The notes below the pieces were generated by a model. The model worked only from the letters and a program-made list of their open reading frames with translations, had not been told where the DNA came from and did no database searches. Positions 53,400 through 64,000 of a DNA stretch of 64,000 nucleotides are shown one piece after another. Every line of letters starts with the position of its first letter. Within the stretch, counting starts at the first letter, position 1. The translations under genes were made by a program, and so were the position numbers. The DNA lies in NCBI GenBank assembly GCA_964016885.1, contig OZ024741.1, positions 147,188,001-147,252,000 on the forward strand, in the 5' to 3' direction. This DNA comes from Eledone cirrhosa. Lineage: Eukaryota.

Positions 53400-54860
53400 T
53401 CAATGCAGAGAGCAGAGGAAGTACTGTCCTGATGATGGCCAGAGACAGAAACGCATTGGCAGTTGCTTCCCACTACTTCTGCTAGTATCTGCTAGACGCC
53501 ACCAGACAGCGCTAGCTGTTGGAAGGCTTTCCAAATGCTTATTTGTTAACATACCAAGAGACAAAAGCCAGTCTGGAGAAGGAATACTTGGAAGCTGAGA
53601 GAACCCTCTGTAGGTAACAAATTTAGAGAAATCCTTCTTGATGCTCATGACAATAAGGAAGAAGAGCTGGTGACATATGACAGAGAGAAAAATTAGTAAT
53701 TTCTATGGGACAACCTGCTGGAAGCCACAAAGCAAGGTACCAAGGTGGAGGGTGAAAGCAAGGTACCTATGGTTGGAGAAAAGTAAGTATGAAATGATAG
53801 CAGAGCACTTGCCCTGTCTGAAGACGAAAAGAATGAGGCCTGGAAGACATACTATGAGAGACTGCTGAACAAGGAAAATGAATGGGACAGCGTGGGCTAC
53901 CCCTTGCAGACCCTATTGAGGGACAAGCCATAAAAGTTGACAGCAGTACAATAGATAAAGCAATTAAGAAAGTGAAAGCAGGGAAAGCAGCTGGACTGAC
54001 TGATATAGTCACTGAGATGCTAAAAGCATCTGGCATGGTAGGATACGAGCCAGTCAGACGCATGGTTAAACAAGTAGTACAGGATGGTGTCATACTCAAC
54101 AACTGGCCTAGCAGTGTCATTGTAAATTGCTACAAGGGCAAAGCTGATTCACTAGAGAGAGGTAACTACAGAGGTATCAAGCTGATGGACCAGGTGACAG
54201 AATTTGCGGAAAGAGATATAATACAACTAATCAGGGACAAAATCAAGTTAGATTAGATGGAGTTCGGATTTATGTCAAGTAGGGTTACTACTGATGCCAT
54301 CTTTCTGACATGACAACTAAATGAGAGGTATTTAGCTAAGAGTAAGCCACTGCACCTAGCATTTGTAGATCGAGAGAAAGCCTCTGACAAGGTCCCACGT
54401 TCTATAATTAGGAAGCTAGATGTAGACAAATGGCTTGTGAGGGCTATGCACACTATGTAGAGATGAACAACAAACAGAGTGAGAGTTGGAAATGAATACA
54501 GTGATGAATTTGAAGTGCATATGGGAGTCCACCAAGGATCAGTCCTCAGTCCATTTCTATTTATCCTTGTACTTCAGGCCATCATTGAAGAGTTCAAAAC
54601 TGGCGCTCCATGGGAGATCCTTTTTGCTGACAACCTAGTCCTCATAGGGTTAGGAGAACCATCAGTTGTGTCAAAGGTATGGCAACCTCTCCTGAGCACT
54701 TAATGGTACATGAGACCATACAAAAGTGTTCAGGTCACTGGCTTGCCTGTGAGACCAGTGGCACCGCTTCAGTACGGACTTGGTCTATATGGACCTGTCC
54801 AACTTTTGCTAGCAGAGAAAGCAAACATTGAAACGACAATGATGATGATGTTGATACTGA
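53400..54860 (+). mobile_element. Decayed RTE LINE, same family as 50783-52801, opposite orientation
   Basis: KAGKAAG..DIVTEMLKASG...NYRGIKL...GVHQGSVLSP...PWEILFADNL with stops. Confidence 0.88.
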
Positions 54861-55268
54861 TGATTTCATATAGATGAAACAGTTCTAGTCCTGTAGAAGG
54901 CATTTCTATATATAATAAAGAATCCTATATTCTACTAATGTATTGAGTACTTTTTTTAAACTGTGGTTACTCCCCAACACAACTCAGGAATCTACATATA
55001 TATATATATAGAGAGAGAGAGGCAGGATGGATAAATAGATAGATATAGGTATATATGTGCATATATATACATATATATATGTACATTCACAGACATATAA
55101 ACATATACACACATACACACACTCATACATACATATACACACATATATATATGCATACATATATATACATACACATATATATACATATATATACATATAT
55201 ATTCGTACATATATATATAGATAGATATATATATACATAAATATTTATACACACACATGTACACGCAC

Positions 55269-55366
<98 letters not shown>

Positions 55367-55476
55367 ATACATAGTGGAATCTCGCAAGTTAAATTGGTCA
55401 TACAGAGGTTAGCATCAGCTGCAATAGTAGTATTAACAGTCACTGTAGCACTCACAATAGCAGCAGCAGCAGAAGC

Positions 55477-55516
<40 letters not shown>

Positions 55517-56759
55517 AATTAGCAAGAAAGATCTGTTCAGAACATAAAAAGAACATTTCAAGATGACATAAGTTGCTACCACATTTGCAAATAAATAAAT
55601 TTAACCATCTCTCTTTGTATGTGTGCACATGTGTGTGCTTGATATATCACTCACTATTTAGTTTTTTGTATTCTTGAATTCTTGCTCCAGCGTGTTGCTT
55701 CATAGAGATAAAAAAAAAAGCAGCGATTGATTAACTTGTGCAGAACATCTAACACATTTCCTAATCATCATCATCGCTGCCATCATCCTTATTATCACCA
55801 TCACTCTTATAACAATCACCATCATCATTATCACCATCATCATTATCATCATCATATAATAATCGCCATCACCTTCCCAGTAACCACTATTAACATCACT
55901 ATCACCACCATCATTATCAAAATCACCACATTATGATCATAACCATTATTACATTCCTTACAATCATCACTACTACCATTATCACAATCACTATCTTCAT
56001 CACAATCACCATTTTGAATTTTTTTATACACAGAAATTATCTCAAATTATTTTTCTTTTACCTTACAGAAGATGGAAAGTAATGATGATAACAGCCATTG
56101 TGATGATGATGATAAGGAAGAGGAGCAGGCTGTTGACAAAAGATACTGTAAAAATAATAATAGCAGCAGCAACAACAGCACATCACTTTTTTCTCCTGAG
56201 TATCTTTCAGAAATAAAGGACATCAGCAGTTCTTGTTTTGAAGAAGATATCAATCTATAAACATCACGCTACAGATCTACGCAAAGATGTCAAATATTAC
56301 AGATGAAAAAAAATATATATCAAGAAAGGTAATATGTCCTCCTTTACAGAGTTTTCTAAATAATAATTCATAGCATTGATTATATTAAAAATAAACAACG
56401 AGAGCCAGTGTTACCATTAAGGCCAACTAGGCAGCTGCCTAAGGCATAGACCTCAGAGAGGCACATTACTGAACTTTTATACATATTTTAAACATCATAG
56501 TTTTATACATAATTTCCTGTGATCAATAAATAAATCACTAAGCATCTTTGCTGCAGAGAAACGTTGTGGACATATACAAATCAGTAGAGTAGGTTGTATG
56601 GTGTTATGATTTATCACATGATTTGGTCTGGGCAAGTGTGTACTATGTAGTGGAAAAGGTTGGTTTAATAATTTTCTTAGTTTGATTAAAGCAAGAAGTG
56701 TCAAAACTAAGTTCATTGGCTTACCAAACTGTAAATTCAAATTATTTTATTTGAGAGAA

Positions 56760-57520
56760 TGAGATGCTAACTGGAAGACTGCAGACATTGTAGAACTAAA
56801 CTAGGGCACTAAATACATCAGATATATATGCATGTGTTTCCCCACCCCCATACACATGCACAAGCAGAAAATATAACAGTTTATAGTGACTTCAAAGTAA
56901 GAGCTAGCCAAATACATAGATATATGACAACCTGGAGAAGAAAGGTGTATAAATTGAAAGAGCCCTCTGCTAAATATAGGATCAGAGAGGTTCAAGGTGA
57001 TGAATATGACAGGAAGGAGAAAGAGACAGACACTTTTACAGACGGCCAATGGAAGTTTTTCTACTATGGGCCACAGATGACATTTGTGGTTCCAGCTAGA
57101 TGGTAGGCAACTTTGTGGTGGAATAATTTTGTGAATAGAGCTCTACAAGCTGAATGACAGGCTTGAAAAGATTAAAAGTAAAGGAGCTATAAAGTACAAT
57201 ATCAAGAAGCTAGAAGAAAAGCTAGGAACAAGGTTTACCTAGCTCAAGGAGAAGCTGGAGGTAAGAAATTTACCATTGTTCTGTCAAGAGAATCAGAAGC
57301 ATGAGGTTTTCTGGACTGCAGGGACAATCAAGACATTGTTGGAGAAAAGTGTGTTCAGAATGACAGTGGCACACTTACTCACACAAACATAATGAAGAAG
57401 AAAACTTGGAAAATTTATGAAAAGTTACTGAATATGAAGAATACATGGGAGGAAGAGGAACTACCCCAAGTAGGTCCAACAGAGGGACTAGCTATTAAGT
57501 TTGATAGTTATATAGTTGAA
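56760..57520 (+). mobile_element. Decayed RTE LINE fragment (endonuclease-RT linker)
   Basis: WWNN.V..A...K...YQEARRKAR..VYLAQ...DIVGEKCVQNDSG...YEKLLN; stops present. Confidence 0.7.
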
Positions 57521-57754
57521 ATACCAACCACCCTGCTGAGTGTATCTGGTTTACAGTAGGTACACTGTATCTCTGCATGTTGTAGGTGGTTAAAAGTGTT
57601 GGCATCAGGAAGGGAACCTGGCTGTAAAACCTTGTTTCAAAATAGACCCTGAGATGAATATGAAGCTTGTCATGAGGCCTGCAAGGACAACTTCTGCTTT
57701 AGCAGAGAAAATGGCCTTAAAATGCTTATTGTAGTTATATGTTTGATAATAAAG

Positions 57755-57960
57755 GTGCATGGCCAAGTGGTTAGGATGTTGGACTCACAATAATAAAGTC
57801 ATGGATTTGATTCCTGGACCAAGCAACAATTTGCATTCTTGAGCAAGACACTTCATTTCATGATGCTTTTCATTATAGGACTGTGGCCCCAATCATTAAA
57901 ATGCCAAAACATCATCCAATGGTCACCTCATATGAAGCCAACTAAACCTCCATATGTGTA
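57755..57960 (+). mobile_element. SINE family C-like, diverged (similar copies at ~26484-26640, ~38930-39070, ~42470-42610, ~47420-47540)
   Basis: tggccaagtggttag box A and cttgagcaagacact core. Confidence 0.55.
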
Positions 57961-58649
57961 AGCTGTAAATTTCCTTTTATTTTTAATGGTTGAAATAGCT
58001 ATTAACTCTTAACATTATGTAAGGATTTAGCAGAAAATATCAAAAAATTAGTTTGTTAATTTAAACGTTTATAATACCTTTACTAACAGACAAATCATTA
58101 TGAAAATTTGTAGTAAACTAAAGTAAAAACTTTAATTTTTAATGTGACGCAGTGATAGTGCTGTTTTGTTCTTTTCAAGAAGTCTTGCTAATGTGGTTTC
58201 ATGTGGGACAGGATGTTAAGAATTAAGGATACAAAGGCAGAGAAAGTGGGCAGCCTTTCAGGGAGGATTACTGCTGAGGTACTCAGTCCTAAATTCAATT
58301 CACCAAGAAACTAATTACTGTTCTCCAGTATCCATAACAAACTGCACAGAGCTTTTACAACCTAACATCTGAACTATCAAGATTATAACACACAAAAAAA
58401 ATTCTTTTATAAAGGAATCTTCTTATAATGCTACATTGTTAACATATAAAGAAGGGACGTGGGTGAATGGGTGAAAGGGCCAAATAAAAAGCAAAGAATC
58501 CAAATATTTTCAATCCAATTCATTACAAAGAACGAAATCATACAAAAGATTTGTATCTTGTTGCAACAATTGGCTGGAAACATGTTTCATATTCCTTCTC
58601 ATTCAGCATTGCATTTAGATTTGTTTTATCTCTTTTCCTTCAACCATTA

Positions 58650-58860
58650 ATACTAATAATAATGATGATTATGATGATGATGATGATGATGATGATGATC
58701 GTGGTGGTGGTGGTGGTGGTGGTGGTGGTGGTGGTGGTGGTGGTGGTGGTGGTGGTGGTGGTGGCGGCGGCGATGGCAGTGATGATGATGATGATGATGA
58801 TAGTTATGATGATGAGGATATTAATAGTAGTTATAATAATAATGTTGATTATAATATAAC
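58650..58860. repeat. Compound (ATG)n/(GTG)n/(ATA)n trinucleotide repeat
   Basis: Direct reading. Confidence 0.95.
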
Positions 58861-59499
58861 TTCCACAATAAGTACAAAAAATGAAAACAAGAATTACTCT
58901 GTCTTAGTAAAATGAAGCATAATCTCCTCTTATACCACCATTACTGAAATTGTAACCATTACCGCCACTACCACCATTACCATTACCACTACTGGCACAG
59001 ACAATGCCACCATTACCATCAGCATTATCATTACCAACACCAACACCCCACTGTTGCTGTCACTACCCCCACTGTTGCCATTACCACCGTCACCATTGCT
59101 GCTGTCACCACCTCCACCACTGCTGCCACTACCTTGATACATTTGCATTTTTACATTCAATTCCATGCTACATGCAACTTTATCACTGACTGTTGTTCTA
59201 CAATACACAGCTGCCATTGACAAAAGGAGAAATCCAAAAATTGTCATGGCACCAGATATAGACACAGTAAAAATCACTTGAGTGTTATTTCTGAACTGGA
59301 AGAAGCAACCTTTGATGAATAGTAACAATAACTTGTCGATTTACAGGGGTTTTTCATATATTAATAAACAGAGAAAAGAAAAACATAGACATACAGACAG
59401 ACAGATATCTATCTATTTATCTATCTATCTATTTATCTCTCTCTATATATATATATCCATCTTTCTATGTTTTCTCTTCAATATATTTACATTCAATAA

Positions 59500-59716
59500 G
59501 AGAGCGGTGGATTGGCAGTATTGGTAGAGGGTCGGACGCCATGCTTTGCAGCATAGAGTTACGTCCCTTTATGATCTGAGTTCAAATCCCACCGAGGTTA
59601 ACTTTGCCTTTCATCCTTACGGGGTCGATAAAATAAAGTACCAGTCACGCACTGGGGTCGATTTAATCAACTTTCCCCTCCCCCAAAATTGCTGGCCTTG
59701 TGCCTATATAAGAAAC
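59500..59716 (+). mobile_element. SINE family A, full length, 21-bp TSD
   Basis: TSD caatatatttacattcaataa at 59479-59499 and 59717-59737. Confidence 0.92.
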
Positions 59717-60679
59717 CAATATATTTACATTCAATAAACAATGTGTAACAGTTAGGCTTTTTAAGAAACAAAAATAAATATAAAATTGTTAGGAAAAGCT
59801 ATACTTTTAAATAAGAAAGAACATGGTAATAATAATTACTATTACAACTTTAGCACAAGTCTACACATTTGGGGAGAAAATGCAAACCAACATGAAATCT
59901 TGCCCAGTCTAGAAATTGAACCCACAACTATATGGTTGTGAGTTCAACATCTTAATCAATCAGCCATGCACCTTCACTTGGCTCCATAGGAAGCAAAAAA
60001 ATATATATATAATGATAAAAAAAATATATTTAAAAAAAACTAATAATTGCTTAGTGAGGGTTAAAATAATTATTACTCATATTATTTCTAATTTCAGCAC
60101 AAGGATACATATTTGTGAAGGTTAATAGTTAATCATATTGACACCCCCAAAAAATCTTAACTTATTAAGTTATTTACGTGATTCTAGAAAGAAAACCAAT
60201 CCCAGCAAGGTTTGAATTAAGAACATAACTGAATATTATACAGCAGAACTTAGTATCCTAAAGCTAATTCACACACACAGACTCACATACACACAGACAC
60301 AGACACACACACACACAAACACACACACAAACACACACACACACACTTATATATAAATATACATATACAGTATATGCAAAAGGCAAACAGAAATAACAAA
60401 GCAAACGACACAGTACAATGGAGAAATATATTAGTTTTATGCTTAATACAATAGGAAAAACGTTTTGTACACTAATCTTTCATCAGAAAATAAAATGAGA
60501 AATTAATGAGAAATAGTAGAGATAGAGGAGATTGGGCATTAGCAGAAATGAAAAATCTTATATATATATATATATATATATGTAGGAGGTGAGTTTTATT
60601 GTAGTACAATAAAGCAATGCAGATATCGGATAAGAAGCACTCTACAGTTTGTGGGACTGGAGTATGCATAATATAAGAT

Positions 60680-62230
60680 CAATATTCTGACATCACCACA
60701 GATGAACTTCACATCATCCTCACCGCACGTAAAACCATCCTAGAGTTCAACAACGAATATTGGACCAGAGCCGATACCTCTAACAACTTCGACATCACAA
60801 TGGGAGCATCCGATTCATCCCAATTGACTGATTTAATTGGTATCTTCATTTTGAACTCTTTGAGTCGGAAAATTCCTCAACTTCGCGGTGGAATTTATCG
60901 TGACGATGGACTCTTTACTATCCTAAATTGCAATATAGTTAAACTTAATATTATTAAGAACAATATACGTAATCTCTTTAACCAACATAACCTAAAAATT
61001 GAATTTGATAATAGTACCAAACTAGCTAATTTCTTGGATGTATCTCTTAATCTTGACACTGGCCTATATTACCCTTACCATAAAAACAATGAGAATCTTA
61101 ATTATGTTAACTTTAAATCTAACCATCCTACCAATATCAAGAATGCTATAGTTAATAATATTGGAAATAGAATATCTAACATATCTTCTAATAAAAACAT
61201 CTTTGATGCTAACGCCAATTACTATAATAACGCACTTTCTAAAGCCGGCTATCCAGATAAAATCAAATATAATAAAGAAACAAATTCTAGGAAAACTTAC
61301 AGTAGAATATTTAATCATAACCATTCCAATAATTTTAATAAAAGACCTAGATACAAAAACATAATCTGGTATAATGCTCCTTTCTCCATCTCTATTAATA
61401 ACAATATTCCTAAATTATTTTTTAGTGCCTTAAATAAATGCTTCCCTCCCTCACATATCTATAGTAAAATATTTAACAAACACACCATCAAATTTTCGTA
61501 TTCTACATCCTCCAATATTTCCAACATCATCTCTAAACACAACAACAAAATATTAAATACTAAATCTCTTCCTTCCAATATTGAATCTCATAATAACAAT
61601 AATAGTACTCCTGACGTCATTGTAAACCCTAGGCTAACTTCTGTAAACCCAAATGCAACGTCAAACACAACTTCGCTAAATGTTCATAATCCAACTCTAA
61701 ATCAAGAAACTATTATTCCTATTATTCCTATCGCAAACAACTTCTCCAATCCAATTCCTTCTATAGATAACACTAGATCACTCATTAATAATCTCTCTAA
61801 CTGCAACTGCCGCATTAAAAATAAATGTCCTCTCAACAACCATTGCCTCGATAAAAACTTAATTTATGAATGTAAAATTATAACTAGCACCAATTCCTTC
61901 ACCTATTTTGGCTCCACTTCCACCTCTTTTAAAGCTCGTCTCTATAATCATCATTCATCTTTCAAATACAAACTTAAAAGAACTAACACTGCTCTCTCAG
62001 AACTCATATGGTCCTTAAAAGACAAAAACATTAAATATAACATCTTTTGGAAAAAGATTTCTTCTGCATCCTCGTACTTGAACAGCTCTCTATCTAAAAT
62101 CTGTAATCTCTGCCTAAATGAAAAATTTACCATTATCTCTAACCTAGAATCCATAATAAATAGACGCTCGGATTTGTTTTCCATCTGCCTGCATAAATTC
62201 CATAGAACTTTTCACAAAGTATACAGTTAA
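60680..62230 (+). CDS. PLE ORF fragment: RT C-terminal half plus GIY-YIG endonuclease
   Basis: Frame is open upstream of the Met (QYSDIT...FDITMGA.D); GIYRDDGL, NFLDVSL, SNHP, NIIWYNAPFS, CNC...CPL..HCL..NLIYEC...YFGST, CNLCL.EK, RSDLFS.C.H. Confidence 0.9.
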   Translation, partial: QYSDITTDELHIILTARKTILEFNNEYWTRADTSNNFDITMGASDSSQLTDLIGIFILNSLSRKIPQLRGGIYRDDGLFTILNCNIVKLNIIKNNIRNLFNQHNLKIEFDNSTKLANFLDVSLNLDTGLYYPYHKNNENLNYVNFKSNHPTNIKNAIVNNIGNRISNISSNKNIFDANANYYNNALSKAGYPDKIKYNKETNSRKTYSRIFNHNHSNNFNKRPRYKNIIWYNAPFSISINNNIPKLFFSALNKCFPPSHIYSKIFNKHTIKFSYSTSSNISNIISKHNNKILNTKSLPSNIESHNNNNSTPDVIVNPRLTSVNPNATSNTTSLNVHNPTLNQETIIPIIPIANNFSNPIPSIDNTRSLINNLSNCNCRIKNKCPLNNHCLDKNLIYECKIITSTNSFTYFGSTSTSFKARLYNHHSSFKYKLKRTNTALSELIWSLKDKNIKYNIFWKKISSASSYLNSSLSKICNLCLNEKFTIISNLESIINRRSDLFSICLHKFHRTFHKVYS

Positions 62231-62286
62231 TATTCAATTCTTTATCAATTTAGAATCTTTTCTCAAAGGCACATATACATACACCT

Positions 62287-63370
62287 CTTTAAAATATACC
62301 CATCTACCTTACTTTAAAGGGCATTATACACTCTATAATACTCGTTTACTCTTTTCCCTCATCCTATCTTCTCGTAAAACAATAACATTTGTTTTTGACA
62401 TTTTGAATATTCATCCGCAATCATTATTATTTTTTCCCTCTATCATAAATCTTTTTAATCTCAATTTCATCCTTAATTTATTATTATATATTTTTTTTAA
62501 TATATACTCATATATTCTTTAAAATATACCCATCTACCTTACTTTAAAGGGCATTATACACTCTATAATACCCGTTTACTCATCACCCTCATTATATCTC
62601 CTCGTAAAACAATAACATTTGTTTTTGACATTTTGAGTATTCATCCGCAATCATTATTATTTTTTCTCTCTATCATAAATCTTTTTAATCTCAATTTCAT
62701 CCTTAATTTATTATTATTTTTTTCTCCCCATCAACGAACTCATTATTAATACATATGAATTCAATATAAAAACTTTAACTTCACATTATTTTTCTCAAAT
62801 CCTTCTACACATAAACTTTTTCTCTTTGCTAATTTTAAAATTCCTACATTTCTCCTTTTGACGTTAGAATATTCACCCACAATTATTATTTTTTTCTCTC
62901 TATCTCCATACATAATTTCCCTTCGTTATTTTTTTTTCTCTCTATCTCCATACATAATTTCCCTTCGTTAATTTTCAAATTCCTTTAATTTATACATTAT
63001 CTTCCAACGGTTCCCAACCTCTCTATATTAAAACATTATATCTTTTTCTCAGTTATAAAAACTATCTCTTTCTCTCTATCACCCATCTCTCCCTTTCCAC
63101 CTTCACTCTCATCTCCTCCCCTTTTTTTCATCCTTTCCACCCCCACCCCTCCCTAAATATAATATATTTTTTCCTCGCACATATCCTCCCTTCGTTAATT
63201 TTCAAAATTTTTAATTTATACAGTATCTTCCAACGGTTTTCAACCCCTCTATATAAAATATATCTCCTCTCAGTTATAAAAACTATCTCTTTCTCTCTAT
63301 CACCCATCTCTCCCTCTCATCTCCTTCCCTTTTCATCCTTTTCTCTCCCCCCCCTCTCTAAATAAAATAT
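62287..63370 (+). repeat. Tandem duplications within the PLE 3' region (~230 bp x2, ~40 bp x2, ~200 bp x2)
   Basis: For example aaaatatacccatctaccttactttaaagggc at 62291 and 62521; cccttcgttaattttcaaa at ~62960 and ~63188. Confidence 0.85.
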
Positions 63371-63472
63371 TTTTCCCAATATCACACATCAATCTAAAAC
63401 CACTTTTCATATGTTTATTTAAAACTGCACTATCAACAAGTGTTTTTTTAGCCTTCATATCATGTTCTCCTG

Positions 63473-63539
63473 TTTTATCTGATGAAAACACAAATATTAT
63501 TGTTTGATGATGTTTGTTTTTGAAATGCGCATAATAAAA
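63473..63539 (+). ncRNA. Minimal type-I hammerhead ribozyme at the PLE 3' end
   Basis: ttttat-CTGATGA-aaacacaaatattatt gttt gatgatgtttgttttt-GAAA-tgcgca-TA-ataaaa. Confidence 0.85.
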
Positions 63540-64000
63540 TATATTGAACTCCTTTAACCATCTTTTGATCTTATATTATATATATATATATATATATATT
63601 ATAAGAATAGATTAAAGTTTAAGAATCACTGCTTTCACTCTTAACAGGCTCTTCTAAAACTGAAAAAAAATCAAACTGTGGACGCAGAAGTAAATATTTC
63701 AACAAATGTTACAACCTAAGGAGAACAAGAAGACAATATTCTTTTGAGCCTTCCTTCCTGCCTTGATCCAACACCACACACACAATGAGACAGTTGGAAA
63801 GAAAGATGATTGCACCAGTGCTGAGCTGAGATCCCTAAAAGACAAAGTAGATCTCAACAGGATTTGAACTCAAAAGTGCACAGAGTTAGAACAAATGCCC
63901 AACACTTTAACAACTTTGCCAAATCTGTGTCATATACTGAAAAGTTAAGCCAATTAACCCATCCCCCTTTCCTATACCCTTTTGACCTTGTGCCAAAGAA

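Larger units (their letters stand above)
60678..63571 (+). mobile_element. Young 5'-truncated Penelope-like retroelement (Naiad-like)
   Basis: Open RT/GIY-YIG frame, ~1.3-kb 3' region with tandem duplications, terminal hammerhead, ends in (TA)n. Confidence 0.9.

Noticed and set aside
60430-60500. Hammerhead on the minus strand (ttttCTGATGAaagattagt...)
   Set aside because: No GAAA, stem III or cleavage triplet found; at best a truncated remnant. The same applies to CTGAAGA at ~25783.

Overview
AT-rich, repeat-dominated eukaryotic DNA, probably intronic or intergenic. The tRNA-derived SINE families, RTE LINE tails and dense (TA)n/(CA)n microsatellites suggest an octopod cephalopod genome (inference). 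I could not confidently identify any host protein-coding gene, and most short ORFs in the track are microsatellite or antisense artefacts. Recognisable content: a young 5'-truncated RTE LINE with an intact RT ORF carrying an internal PHD finger (50783-52801, -); several decayed RTE copies; two Naiad-like Penelope-like elements (PLEs; RT plus GIY-YIG; ~9470-11900 and ~60678-63570); other PLE fragments; an R4/Dong-like LINE; Tx1 and CRE-like fragments; a DD37D (maT) Tc1/mariner derivative; a non-autonomous Helitron; and many SINEs. The most striking hidden layer is non-coding. At least six minimal type-I hammerhead ribozymes (one also present as an inverted duplicate) plus degenerate ones lie in PLE terminal repeats near (TA)n tracts, each with a different self-complementary 6-nt stem III. 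One has a ~100-nt extended stem II and sits in a 172-bp inverted duplication. A PLE-like direct repeat with no hammerhead instead shows a predicted pseudoknot. Coordinates of decayed elements are approximate.
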